Origin: an uncultured bacterium
GTDB taxonomy: Bacteria; Zixibacteria; MSB-5A5; CAIYYT01
Reading direction: 5' to 3'
Assembly: GCA_963726455.1 (NCBI GenBank)
Contig: CAVSCK010000004.1
Span: 1,568,001-1,632,000, forward strand
Length of the DNA stretch: 64,000 bases
In this document: positions 40,874 through 50,971 of the stretch, piece after piece
Position numbering within the stretch: the stretch's first letter is position 1
Layout: every line of letters starts with the position of its first letter
Program-made: the position numbers and the translations under genes
The notes under the pieces: generated by a model
Told to the model about the DNA's origin: nothing
Seen by the model: only the letters and a program-made list of their open reading frames with translations
The model's database searches: none

Positions 40874-40924
40874 ATCTATTCTGTCTGTTTTGAGGCATCA
40901 AGCGTAAGGGGGAAAACTACACCG

Positions 40925-41423
40925 TCACCGGTCATCAAAAACTGAGTCAAACCTCCCATAGGGTGAACCATAGTAATATTCATACGGAGATACCGTCTGG
41001 TAACTCATCACGAAGCGAAAGTACTTGGAGGGCCGCCAGTCCAGACGAACGCCCGGTAACAACCGGTTGCCGATCGAGGACTGCGTCTGTGCGCCGAACA
41101 TTCCCTGTGGCTGGTGCAGGTAAGCGATAGAGAATGACACATGCAGCGGCTTGGCAAACTCGTAGTCGATCTGATTGATATACATACCAATCATCTGTCC
41201 CTGCCTACCGCCGGAAAAGTAGCTCAAGCTGTAGCTCTGGCTCATGTGCAGACGGGAAACATCAAACAACGAGAAGACCGGCCGCGGACTGCCCGGAGAC
41301 AGTGTGGAGGCGTTCGCCGACGACCCCGCATTCTGACTCACCATAGCTATCAGCGACAGCACTACCCATAAGGAAGATGCACGCCGCCAGCGTTAAGCCC
41401 GTGATGAATATCACTTTTCTGAT
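40925..41423 (-). CDS. Secreted hypothetical protein; probable frameshift after the signal peptide, possible ATC start
   Basis: AGGAG-7nt-ATC AGA AAA GTG gives the signal peptide (M)RKVIFITGLTLAACIFLMGSAVA. The mature part is in ORF 40925..41362. Confidence 0.55.
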
Positions 41424-41485
41424 ATCAGATCTCCTGCAATTCCTAAGTATTATACGTTTGAATCTATCGGCTGCCCAATTTTTTG

Positions 41486-42233
41486 TCAACGTTTTAATTC
41501 AAAAAAGATAGCTTCCAACTCCTTGAGCTGCGCCACGGAATTGACGCCGAGCGCCTCACGGTAGTCATCCAGGACCACGGCTCCGGTCGGCTTACCGTCA
41601 CGCATCAGTATCTGCACCACATCAGTCAAGTAGTATTCGCCTTGCGCATTATTCCGATCAACCTTGTCCAGAGCGGCATCCAATGATTTGGCGTCAAAGA
41701 TGAAGATGCCGGTGTTGATCTCGGTTATTTTCGTCTCTTCATTAGTACAATCGGCCTGCTCCACGATTTTCTTTACTTTGCCTGATTCGCTGCGCACAAT
41801 TCTGCCATAGCCGGTGGCATCGGGAACAATCGATGTCAACACCGTGGCAGTGTTGCGTTCTGCCACATGGGTGCTCATCAGACCTTCCAGCGATTCACGT
41901 CGCAGCAGCGGAACGTCGCCGGTGATGACAAGCACGCCACCGTCGAAATTGCGGAAGTGGTCCTCGAGCACACTTGACGGCGTCAGCAGTTCCCTTTTGT
42001 TCATGCTGAACTACGAAATCGATGTCCGTGCCGTTGTAAAGCTCTTCGACCTGTTCCCGCCCGTGTCCAACCACGAGCACAACTTTGCGCAGTCCAAGTG
42101 ACTTCAGTGTGTCGGTGAGGTAAGTAATCAGTGGCCGTCCGGCAATGGGATGAAGGACTTTGGGCAGGTCAGAATTCATCCTCTTGCCTTTACCGGCAGC
42201 AAGCACAACGGCGATGACGTTTGGGAAATTCAT
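41486..42233 (-). CDS. GlmU N-terminal-like sugar-phosphate nucleotidyltransferase; frameshift near 41970
   Basis: LAAGKGKRM..PKVLH in one frame; GDVPLL, GYGRI, EINTG and GEYYLTD in the other. Confidence 0.85.
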
Positions 42234-42589
42234 TAACGAAGTGGGCGATTCTGCTTGTCGACTTTGACGATCTTGGGCGTGTGCTTGGCGGCTTCTTCGG
42301 GAGTCATGAGCACATACGTGATAACGATGACTTCATCCCCGACCTGACCGAGACGCGCCGCCGGCCCGTTGAGGCAGACAGTACCGCTTCCGGGTTTGCC
42401 CTTAATGGTGTATGTCTCAAATCGCTCACCGTTGGCGACATTGACGACCTGCACCTTCTCGCCTTCAAGAATATTGGCGGCGGTCATCAAATCGGGATCG
42501 AGCTCCAACGAACCTTCATACTTGAGGTTGGCATCGGTGATCGTTGCCCGGTGGATTTTCGATTTGAACATCTGTAACAACATTTTCAA
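42233..42589 (-). CDS. panD: Aspartate 1-decarboxylase
   Basis: KSKIHRA..YEGS, NGERFETY and NGPAAR. Confidence 0.95.
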   Translation of the reverse strand: MKMLLQMFKSKIHRATITDANLKYEGSLELDPDLMTAANILEGEKVQVVNVANGERFETYTIKGKPGSGTVCLNGPAARLGQVGDEVIVITYVLMTPEEAAKHTPKIVKVDKQNRPLR

Positions 42590-43435
42590 TCAACCTTTAT
42601 AACTATGTTGTCGATCAGCCGCACGCCGTCGATACGACATGCCAGACTGATTGCCATCTTGCCGGTGATTCTTGGTCAACTCCGCCAACGTTTCCGCGTT
42701 GGCGACAGACACATAATCCACACCGGCTCTCGCGTCTTTAACGAGGCGCCGCTTAATAAAGTTCCGGATTTTCGCGGCGCTGCGTTCACCCGCCAGGATC
42801 ATCTGCCGGGCGGCAAAAAGAGAACGCGATAGCTCTAATGCCCGCACACGGGCTTCAGTAGAAAGATAAACATTCCGTGACGACAAAGCAAGCCCGTCGG
42901 TATCGCGCACGGTGGGAGCGATCATAATCTTAACGGGTACATTCAGATCCCTAACCATTTGCCTGATGACTACCGATTGCTGCAAGTCTTTCTGGCCGAA
43001 AATCGCGAGATCGGGCAGGACGATATTGAACAGCTTGAGCACGACTGTGGCGACGCCCCTGAAGTGGGCTGGGCGGAATTTCCCCTCCAAAATCGTGGCG
43101 ATTTGCTCGGGAACGACGTAGGTATCGAAATTATCAGGATAAATTTCATCGGCATTCGGATTGAACACGAGATCGACGCCGAGCGGTTGCAAGAGCTTAC
43201 AGTCATGTTTGAGATTGCGTGGATAGCGGCGGAAATCCTCGTTGGGAGCAAATTGCGTTGGATTTACAAAGATGGAAACGACAACGACATCTGCGAGCTT
43301 GCGAGCGCGGCGAACAAGGTCGAGATGCCCTCGATGCAGGGCACCCATGGTCGGGACAAGGGCGATCGTTTTGCCCTGCCGCTTGAGCTGCAGCGCCTGC
43401 CTTTGCATTTGTTGGACGGGCAGAATGACGCGCAC
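42586..43435 (-). CDS. panC: Pantoate-beta-alanine ligase; frameshift near 42670
   Basis: PTMGALHRGH, FGQKD and GLALSSRN; the conserved RLIDN C-terminus is in the shifted frame. Confidence 0.93.
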
Positions 43436-43439
43436 GCAG

Positions 43440-44252
43440 TTAACCGTAGCTTTCCGAGTCGTTAGGATAGTTGCCGCTGCGGATGTCGGCGGCGAATTGT
43501 GAAGCGACCTCGCGCATCTTGGCTCCGAAATCAAAGTAACGGCGGACAAATTTGGGTACGAAATCTCCGCTGGCGCCGATGATATCGTTGGTCACGATGA
43601 TCTGGCCATCGGTTCCGGCTCCGGCACCGATTCCGATGGTCGGTATTTCCAGACTCGCGGAAATCTTGGCGGCGATTTCATTCTTCATGGCCTCCAAGAC
43701 AATCGCAAAGCAACCTGCGTCCTCTAAAGCATGCGCTGATTCCAGGAGGTAGTTTCGGGCGCGTTCGGTCTTGCCCTGTACTTTGTAGCCACCGAACTTG
43801 TTGATTGATTGCGGCGTTAGTCCGATATGCCCCATCACCGGGATACCGATCTCAGTGATTTTGCGAATGCGGGCTGCCATCTCGATACCGCCTTCCAGCT
43901 TGACACCGACAGCACCTCCCTCGGAAAGAAAGCGTCCGGCATTAGCGATTGCGTCGGAGTCAGAGGTCTGGTAGGACATGAACGGCATGTCGCCGATCAC
44001 GCACGCATATTGCACCGCACGGCTCACTGCGTCCGTGTGCGCGATCATCATGTCCATGGTCATGGACAGGGTGTCCTTCTTGCCGTAGATCACGTTGCCC
44101 ATCGAGTCGCCGACGAGTATACCGTCAATTCCGGCATCATCGAGAGCGCGGGCGGTATAGAAGTCGTAGGCAGTCATCCAGACTATTTTCTTGCCCTTCT
44201 TCTTCATACTGGTGTAAGCCAGTGTCGTAATCTTGTCGCGTGATTCAGCCAT
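43440..44252 (-). CDS. panB: Ketopantoate hydroxymethyltransferase
   Basis: TAYD, LVGDS, DMPF, VKLEG and HIGLTPQ. Confidence 0.96.
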   Translation of the reverse strand: MAESRDKITTLAYTSMKKKGKKIVWMTAYDFYTARALDDAGIDGILVGDSMGNVIYGKKDTLSMTMDMMIAHTDAVSRAVQYACVIGDMPFMSYQTSDSDAIANAGRFLSEGGAVGVKLEGGIEMAARIRKITEIGIPVMGHIGLTPQSINKFGGYKVQGKTERARNYLLESAHALEDAGCFAIVLEAMKNEIAAKISASLEIPTIGIGAGAGTDGQIIVTNDIIGASGDFVPKFVRRYFDFGAKMREVASQFAADIRSGNYPNDSESYG

Positions 44253-44914
44253 TATAACCCCAGCATTTCATCTCCGCGGGTGAAGTAGCGCGTGCCCTGG
44301 CGCATTTCCGCGATCTGCGTAAAGATTTCATCGAGGTGTTTCGAGTTCTCGACAAAATCCAGCCGATCGGTCTTAATCACCAAGAGCGGAGTCCGGTTAT
44401 AGTGAAAGAAGTAATGATTGTAAGCTTCCACGACCGCCGTCAAATATTCGGCGTCAAAGTTCCTCTCATAGACAATATTCCGCTTCTTTATACGTGCCAT
44501 CAGGACTTCCACGGAAGCGGTTAGAAACACAACGAGATCGGGCTTGGGAAGATTCTTTCTCAGCAGTTCGGCCACCTGCCTGTAAAGCGCCAACTCATCC
44601 TCGGTGAGGTTGGATTGAGCGAAGAGCAAATCCTTCTCGAAAGTATAGTCGGCGACGATCTTCTTCTTGAAAAGATCGTATTCGAGCAATTCCTTCTGCT
44701 GGGCATAGCGAGACAACAGGAAAAAGAACTGGGTTTGCAGAGCGTAACGTTTCCTGTCGTGATAGAATTCCTTCAGGAACGGATTCTTGTCGGCCTCTTC
44801 CAGAACGAGATGGCCGCCGATCCGATCGGCGAGAATGCGGCAGAAAGTCGTCTTGCCGACGCCGATTGGACCGTCGACGGCTACATAGCGGAGATGGGCA
44901 AAGCGATCATCCAT
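44252..44914 (-). CDS. Deoxynucleoside kinase
   Basis: DGPIGVGKTT P-loop and NPFL..FY; ATG at 44914. Confidence 0.9.
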   Translation of the reverse strand: MDDRFAHLRYVAVDGPIGVGKTTFCRILADRIGGHLVLEEADKNPFLKEFYHDRKRYALQTQFFFLLSRYAQQKELLEYDLFKKKIVADYTFEKDLLFAQSNLTEDELALYRQVAELLRKNLPKPDLVVFLTASVEVLMARIKKRNIVYERNFDAEYLTAVVEAYNHYFFHYNRTPLLVIKTDRLDFVENSKHLDEIFTQIAEMRQGTRYFTRGDEMLGL

Positions 44915-45395
44915 GATAGACTTCCACCCTCTGAGTTGGATCGTTGAGATTCGCCAGACAATCGCGATAAGGACGCTTATCGATCTGGCAGTATTCCTGC
45001 GGCTCGATTTCAAGAAGCGGCACCAGCACAAAGCGGCGGCGGCACATTGCCGGATGCGGAAGTTGCAGCCGCTGCGTATCGGCACGTTCGTTGTCGAACA
45101 GTAGAATATCGAGGTCTATGCACGAGGCTCCCTTGTTCTGCTTGGGCACGACGTTTAGCATTGCTTCTACACTCTGAATCTTTTCCAAAAGCTTGACCGA
45201 GGTCAGCTTGGTACCGATTTCTACCACGCAATTGATAAAATCGGGCTGGTCGGTATTCTCAACTGGTGAGGTCTCGTAAAGGGATGAGCGTTTCGACACG
45301 GTGAGGTCGCGGTCGGACTGAAGGCGTTTGAGCGCTTCTTGTATATTGGCGACACGATCGCCGAGATTTGAGCCACAGGCAATGAGCTTACTGAT
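44907..45395 (-). CDS. folK: 6-hydroxymethyl-7,8-dihydropterin pyrophosphokinase; apparent ATC start
   Basis: In-frame upstream GSNLGDR, SSLYET, IDLDIL and LPHP..RRFVLVPL. Confidence 0.9.
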   Translation of the reverse strand: MSKLIACGSNLGDRVANIQEALKRLQSDRDLTVSKRSSLYETSPVENTDQPDFINCVVEIGTKLTSVKLLEKIQSVEAMLNVVPKQNKGASCIDLDILLFDNERADTQRLQLPHPAMCRRRFVLVPLLEIEPQEYCQIDKRPYRDCLANLNDPTQRVEVYHG

Positions 45396-45397
45396 AG

Positions 45398-45757
45398 CTA
45401 CTCCCTTGATCTCTGGATTTCTACTTCGATATGGTCGAGATTTCCCGGTATCGGCGGAATCATCTTGCGGACGCGAACGACCACCTGACGGATATGGTCG
45501 ATTTGCAGCACGCGTTCGGCAATGTCAGCGGCAATGGCCTCCAACAGTGAATAGCGTTTGCCGTTCAGCACTGACTCGACAATGCGATAGACTTCGGCGT
45601 AATTGACCGTATCAGACAGTTTGTCAGACTTGGCCGGTACAGATAGATCGAGATGCAGGTCGCAGTCGACTTCATACCTGCGGCCGGTTTCCTTTTCCGC
45701 AGCACTCACGCCGTGGTAGCCGTAAAAAGTCATGTTCTTGAGGCGGATCACGTCCAT
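45398..45757 (-). CDS. folB: Dihydroneopterin aldolase
   Basis: FYGYHGV, TVNYA and LLEAIA; TGATG coupling to the upstream gene. Confidence 0.93.
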   Translation of the reverse strand: MDVIRLKNMTFYGYHGVSAAEKETGRRYEVDCDLHLDLSVPAKSDKLSDTVNYAEVYRIVESVLNGKRYSLLEAIAADIAERVLQIDHIRQVVVRVRKMIPPIPGNLDHIEVEIQRSRE

Positions 45758-46938
45758 CAGTCGGCCCTCCGCTGCAACCGGGACTTGATCGGCTGGTAGG
45801 CGCGCACGAAGTGGCTCATTGCCTCTCGCAGGCGATCCGGTTCGAGATTGGCTGCGATTCTGACCCAACCCTCTCCCTCTTCGCCGAAGGCAACACCGGG
45901 AGCAACGAGAACTTCGCGCCGCCGCAAGAGCGCACGGGCGAAACCAACCGAGAGTCGTCCATGACGAAGTTTGACCCAGACAAAACCGGCGCCAGTTGAG
46001 GGATAGAATTCGATGCCCGCTGCTTGCAGCGATTCGGTAATTACAGCCACTCGTTTGCCGATTTCGTCGCGACAACGGTTAATGTGGCTGCTGAATGCAT
46101 CGGTCGACGCAAAGAATGACGCCGCGTAATTAAGCAGAGGCGTGCTGGGCAATAAGCCAAGCGAACGCCCTATTGTTGCCAGCGGTTCCAGCATGCGTTT
46201 GCGGCCGATAATGGCGGCAAGTTTCAATTGAGGCGCCGCCAGAGTGGTCGAAAGACTTATCAATTCAAGTCCCACCTTACTCCGCTGACGTGCTTGGCAG
46301 AACAGCGGCGGCCTGAAATTACCCGAGTATGAGAGCGCGTAAGAAGAATCAACTATTACCAGCACGTTTGCTTCGGAGGCCATACGATACAATCGCGCGT
46401 AGAAATTTTCGTCGGCGACGGCTCCGGTCGGATTGTTCGGCGACGTGATAAAGAACACGCTTGGCGCCTTGGAAGCGGTGCTGTTGAGTTGCTCCAAGTT
46501 CGCAAGGTAATCGTTGCGCTGGTGCAGCGGACACAGACGCGGCTTGCCATCGAAAAGCTGAACCATCTTCCGGTAGCCGTCAAAACCGGGATCGGGAATA
46601 TGGCAGATCGTTCCGGCATCAACGAATTGCGCTGCAATCAGCAGCAGGGCCGGGCGCATTCCCGAGACCAGCAGGATTTCCTCGTTCGGATCGATGTCGG
46701 CCTGATATTCGCGATGGAGATAATCGGCCAGAACTGGTTTGATAGTTGCTGGATCGGAGGAAGAACCAGGATCGGTCGCTTCTGGCGGAACTGTAAGTGA
46801 GTACCTGCCGAGATCGACGATGCTCTTGCCTCGTCGTTCCAGATTGCGGCGCAGGCCCTCGAGTTCACTCAGGAACGGTGTCGGCAGTTGCTGTATGCGT
46901 TCAGCCGCGCTTAATACAACGCGTCTGGGGATCTTCAC
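45757..46938 (-). CDS. Class I/II aminotransferase-like protein lacking the PLP lysine
   Basis: PNNPTG, VDSSY and PG..FG..GEGWVR retained; SLSTT in place of SxSK. Confidence 0.75.
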   Translation of the reverse strand: MKIPRRVVLSAAERIQQLPTPFLSELEGLRRNLERRGKSIVDLGRYSLTVPPEATDPGSSSDPATIKPVLADYLHREYQADIDPNEEILLVSGMRPALLLIAAQFVDAGTICHIPDPGFDGYRKMVQLFDGKPRLCPLHQRNDYLANLEQLNSTASKAPSVFFITSPNNPTGAVADENFYARLYRMASEANVLVIVDSSYALSYSGNFRPPLFCQARQRSKVGLELISLSTTLAAPQLKLAAIIGRKRMLEPLATIGRSLGLLPSTPLLNYAASFFASTDAFSSHINRCRDEIGKRVAVITESLQAAGIEFYPSTGAGFVWVKLRHGRLSVGFARALLRRREVLVAPGVAFGEEGEGWVRIAANLEPDRLREAMSHFVRAYQPIKSRLQRRAD

Positions 46939-47609
46939 TCGCGGCCTCCGGTAAAGGGAAACCCGGACTCCCCCTCATCCAATTCGTCGTCTTCGAGATT
47001 AGACGCGTCCTCATCGAAGATTGTCGAAATATCGGCAATCATTCGCGAGAGATAGATGGTCTTGGCAATCTGCTCGGCCGTCTCGACCCGGAAGAATGCT
47101 TCCATGAGGTTGGCTCCGAACGCGACGATGCCGTGATTCTCTAACAGGAATGTATGATAGTCAACGATGACTAATCCGAGCTGGTCGGCCAGTTCCTTGG
47201 TGCCCGGCTCCGCGAACGGCACGAACGGAATTTCGCCGAAGACGGCCTTGCCTTCCGGCAATTCAGTAACGTCGAGGTCGATACCCGCCATAGCAAACGC
47301 GGTCGCGTAGGGCGGATGGGCATGGACGGCCGCCCGAAATTCGGGGCGCGAAGAATATCCGTGCAGGTGCAGCAGAAACTCCGATGACTGCTTCAACTGC
47401 GAGTCGATCACTGTTCCCGCCGGAGTCATTGGTACGATATCTTCCGGTTGGAGCATTCCCTTGCATTTGCCGGCTGGCGTTATAAGAATTCGCTCAGCAT
47501 CGGCACGGCACGAAAGATTGCCCTGCGTTCCCACTATTAACCCCTTGTCATAGAGTAACTTGCCAACGAGACAGAGTTGCTCCCTGAGGACACCATCCTT
47601 GATCGACAA
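46935..47609 (-). CDS. Class II aldolase/adducin family protein
   Basis: GNLS, ITPAG, SSE..LH, HAHP and LLENHG. Confidence 0.88.
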   Translation of the reverse strand: MSIKDGVLREQLCLVGKLLYDKGLIVGTQGNLSCRADAERILITPAGKCKGMLQPEDIVPMTPAGTVIDSQLKQSSEFLLHLHGYSSRPEFRAAVHAHPPYATAFAMAGIDLDVTELPEGKAVFGEIPFVPFAEPGTKELADQLGLVIVDYHTFLLENHGIVAFGANLMEAFFRVETAEQIAKTIYLSRMIADISTIFDEDASNLEDDELDEGESGFPFTGGRE

Positions 47610-47727
47610 CCAGCTTCCCTCCAGAAAACGTCAATCTGCCGGGAAACTCCGCCTTTGTCAAGGCAAATCTAGGATTAGCATGGCTGCGTACAAGCTGCAA
47701 GAGCAAACTGAAATCAAGGAGTTGACT

Positions 47728-48138
47728 ATGATCAAGCGAATGTCGCACACAACCATCTTCGTTACGAATCAAGAAGAGGCATTGCAGTTTTACACCAGGA
47801 AGCTCGGCTTCGAAGTTCGCACCGACCAGACTGCACCAAACGGTTTTCGCTGGCTGACGATTGCATCAAAGGCGCAACCGGATTTGGAAATCATTCTGAT
47901 GGAGCCGAAGGCAGGCATGATGTGTGATGAGGAAACGGCCACACAGATCCGCCAGCTTGTTGCGAAGGGAGCAATGGGCGCCATGGTATTCGAAACCGAC
48001 GACTGCCGCAAAACTTATGAGGAGTTGAAGAGCAAGGGCGTGGAATTCAAATGCCCGCCCCAGGAGCAACCGTACGGAATCGAAGCTATCATGCTCGACA
48101 ATTCCGGTAACTGGTTCAGCGTCACCCAACGCAAATAG
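47728..48138 (+). CDS. VOC/glyoxalase family protein
   Basis: AAGGAG RBS; FYTRKLGF, RWLT and DNSGN motifs. Confidence 0.88.
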   Translation: MIKRMSHTTIFVTNQEEALQFYTRKLGFEVRTDQTAPNGFRWLTIASKAQPDLEIILMEPKAGMMCDEETATQIRQLVAKGAMGAMVFETDDCRKTYEELKSKGVEFKCPPQEQPYGIEAIMLDNSGNWFSVTQRK

Positions 48139-48193
48139 GCACACTTGGGCGGTTTTTGTGGCGAAAAGGCCGCAAACTTGACATATACCAGAA

Positions 48194-48242
48194 TACGTAT
48201 ATATTGTGGCGGTTAAGTCGTTGAAAACACTACATATAGTGT
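48194..48242 (+). promoter_or_regulatory. Tandem NrdR boxes
   Basis: ACACTACATATAGTGT (48227-42) is a close match to acaCwAtATaTwGtg. A weaker box TACGTATATATTGTGG (48194-209) overlaps TTGACA-N16-TATATT. Confidence 0.75.
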
Positions 48243-48260
48243 TTTTTCAAAATTTTATAT

Positions 48261-48289
48261 TTGACAGGTTTGCGGCTTTCTGCTAATCT
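48261..48289 (+). promoter_or_regulatory. Second sigma70 promoter for nrdJ
   Basis: TTGACA-N17-TAATCT with extended TG. Confidence 0.55.
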
Positions 48290-48449
48290 GCGCCCCGCGT
48301 CGCCATAAGCGAGCGGCGAACTCGGGTGACGCGAGAACGCAAAAGTGATTTCCAACCGGGAGGTTGGAATAGTAAACTTAAGGGAAGCTAGGACGATCTC
48401 AATTAATAGTCCCAGTCATCTCGCAGAGCTACTTTGAGGGAGAGAGCCA

Positions 48450-50759
48450 ATGCAGGGATTTGCCAAAAAAACGCTGACAGAGAACGCGCTGCGTGTGTTG
48501 GAGCGGCGCTATCTGGCCAAGGATGCCGAAGGCCGGACGACCGAAACGCCTGACCAATTGTTTCGACGCGTCGCCGGCGCAGTCGCGTTACCGGACAAAA
48601 ACTACGGGGTCACTGACGATCAGATCAAACAGGCATCCGAAGACTTCTACGAGATGGTTGCCAAGCTGGAGTTCATGCCGAACTCCCCTACCCTGATGAA
48701 CGCCGGCCGACCGCTCGGTCAGTTATCTGCCTGCTTCGTGCTGCCCGTCGGCGACTCGATGGAAGAGATCTTCGAGACCATCAAGCACGCGGCATTGATC
48801 CATAAGTCTGGCGGCGGCACGGGATTTTCGTTCTCCCGCCTGCGCCCCAGAAATTCCGTTGTGGCATCGACCTCAGGTGTGGCCTCGGGACCGGTTTCGT
48901 TCATGAAAGTATTCAACTCGGCGACCGAAGCAGTCAAGCAGGGCGGAACCCGTCGCGGCGCCAACATGGGAATCTTGCGCGTTGACCACCCCGACATTGA
49001 AGAGTTCATCTCCTGCAAGGATGACGTGACCCAAATCACCAATTTCAATATCTCGATCGCGATCACGGATGAGTTCATGAATGCCGTGAAAGAAAACCGC
49101 CATTACGCGTTGATCAATCCCCGCACCGGCACGGAATACATGGTTAACGGCGAGGTGGTCACCAAGCATGCGCCGACCGTGTTCAATCTGATAATCAAGC
49201 ATGCGTGGTCAACCGGCGAACCGGGGATCATCTTCATCGACCGGATGAATCAGACGGCGCCCTGCCCGGATTATGAAACCATTGAGGCGACCAACCCCTG
49301 TGGCGAGCAGCCGCTGCCGCCTTACGATTCGTGCAACCTGGGTTCGATTAACCTCGGCGAGATGGTTCTGGATGAGTTTCCGCGTGACTATGATCCCAAA
49401 CAGGAGCCGGAAAAAGGCGTTGATTGGGACAAACTCGGGCGGTTGGTCAAGAACGTCGTGCACTTCCTGGATAACATCATAGACGCCAACAAATATCCGA
49501 TCCCGGAAATCGAGCAGCAGACTTTGCGCAACCGGCGCATCGGACTCGGCGTTATGGGCTGGGCTGATATGCTGGTCAAGATGCGCGTGCCGTACAACAG
49601 CGACGCGGCGTTCCGTCTTGGTGAACGCGTGATGGAATTCATCAACAGCGAAGGGCACATTCAGTCAAGTGAATTGGCCAAGACGCGCGGCAAGTTCCCC
49701 AACTGGGAGCACTCGCGTTTTGCCACCGAGGGTGTCGCCATGCGTAACGCCACGGTGACGACCATCGCGCCGACCGGAACGATTTCGATTATCGCCGGCT
49801 GTTCATCGGGAATCGAGCCCTATTACGCCGTGTCGTTCGTGCGCAATGTGATGGACAACACCAAGCTAGTAGAGGTCAATCCGCAGTTTGAGAAGATTGC
49901 CAAGCAGCGCGGATTTTACAGCCAGGAATTGATGGAGCGCATCGCGCAGGACAATTCGCTGAAGAATTTCGAAGAAATTCCATCTGACGTGCGCGAACTA
50001 TTTGTCACGGCTGCGGATGTCAGTCCGAAAGAACATATTCGAATGCAGGCCGTGTTCCAGAAGAATTGCGATTCGTCGGTGTCCAAAACGATCAACATGG
50101 ATAACTCGGCGACCGAGCAGGATGTTTTTGATGCTTACTGGTACGCCTACGAACTCGGCTGCAAGGGCGTGACCATTTATCGCGACGGTTCGCGTCCGAT
50201 GCAGGTACTGTCTACCGGAAAGACCGCCGCCAAGACTGAAAAAGCAGAGGCGGCTCCCGCACCAATCGTTGAAGCTCCCAAGGCAGTGAGCGAACCGGCG
50301 CCGGCAACCAACAAGCAGATCGAAGCGCGTCCCGATGTGTTGACCGGTATCACCGAACGTATTCGCACCGGTTACGGCAACTTGTTCATCACGATCAACA
50401 GCAAGGATGACAAGCCGTTTGAGGTGTTCGCGCAGATCGGCAAATCGGGTTGGTCGACAATGGCCGACACCGAGGCGATCTGCCGTCTGATCTCGCTGGC
50501 CTTGCGTGCGAGTGTACCCGTGGATGCGATTATCGAACAATTAGCCGGCATCGGTGGCGAGTCACCGTTATTCCAGAATGGCGAATTGATCAAGTCGATT
50601 CCGGACGCCATCAGCATGGTGCTAAAGAAGCATTTCGGCAACGGCAAGAATTACCGCCGCGAATCCAACTACGGCGATGTCTGCCCCGACTGCGGCACCA
50701 AGCTCGAGCACGACTCGGGATGTGTAACTTGCAGAGGGTGCGGCTACAACCGCTGCTAG
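48450..50759 (+). CDS. nrdJ: Class II (adenosylcobalamin-dependent) ribonucleotide reductase
   Basis: PNSPTLMNAG, SACFV, TNPCGEQ and TIAPTGT; C-terminal TSCPD domain with zinc ribbon. Confidence 0.93.
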   Translation: MQGFAKKTLTENALRVLERRYLAKDAEGRTTETPDQLFRRVAGAVALPDKNYGVTDDQIKQASEDFYEMVAKLEFMPNSPTLMNAGRPLGQLSACFVLPVGDSMEEIFETIKHAALIHKSGGGTGFSFSRLRPRNSVVASTSGVASGPVSFMKVFNSATEAVKQGGTRRGANMGILRVDHPDIEEFISCKDDVTQITNFNISIAITDEFMNAVKENRHYALINPRTGTEYMVNGEVVTKHAPTVFNLIIKHAWSTGEPGIIFIDRMNQTAPCPDYETIEATNPCGEQPLPPYDSCNLGSINLGEMVLDEFPRDYDPKQEPEKGVDWDKLGRLVKNVVHFLDNIIDANKYPIPEIEQQTLRNRRIGLGVMGWADMLVKMRVPYNSDAAFRLGERVMEFINSEGHIQSSELAKTRGKFPNWEHSRFATEGVAMRNATVTTIAPTGTISIIAGCSSGIEPYYAVSFVRNVMDNTKLVEVNPQFEKIAKQRGFYSQELMERIAQDNSLKNFEEIPSDVRELFVTAADVSPKEHIRMQAVFQKNCDSSVSKTINMDNSATEQDVFDAYWYAYELGCKGVTIYRDGSRPMQVLSTGKTAAKTEKAEAAPAPIVEAPKAVSEPAPATNKQIEARPDVLTGITERIRTGYGNLFITINSKDDKPFEVFAQIGKSGWSTMADTEAICRLISLALRASVPVDAIIEQLAGIGGESPLFQNGELIKSIPDAISMVLKKHFGNGKNYRRESNYGDVCPDCGTKLEHDSGCVTCRGCGYNRC

Positions 50760-50850
50760 GGTGTGGACTGTCTGGCGTCGTTATTTCCACGAAAGTGGGA
50801 ATCCGGGCTGATTCGTTGCCCGGATAAAACCTAATTCGAAATCAATCAAC

Positions 50851-50879
50851 GGCGCGTGTCCGACGCGCCTTTTGTTTTT
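50851..50879 (+). terminator. Rho-independent terminator after nrdJ
   Basis: GGCGCGT-GTCCG-ACGCGCC followed by TTTTGTTTTT. Confidence 0.75.
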
Positions 50880-50971
50880 GCGTTTATGACGCAGCAGGCG
50901 AGGACGACTGTCGCGCACAAAATCCCCCCTACGTGGTGCGCTTCACAGAATATCACGCGTGAGGTTAGGAG

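Noticed and set aside
48290-48449. Cobalamin riboswitch before nrdJ
   Set aside because: No recognisable B12-box or GCCACUG elements; kept only as a generic structured leader.
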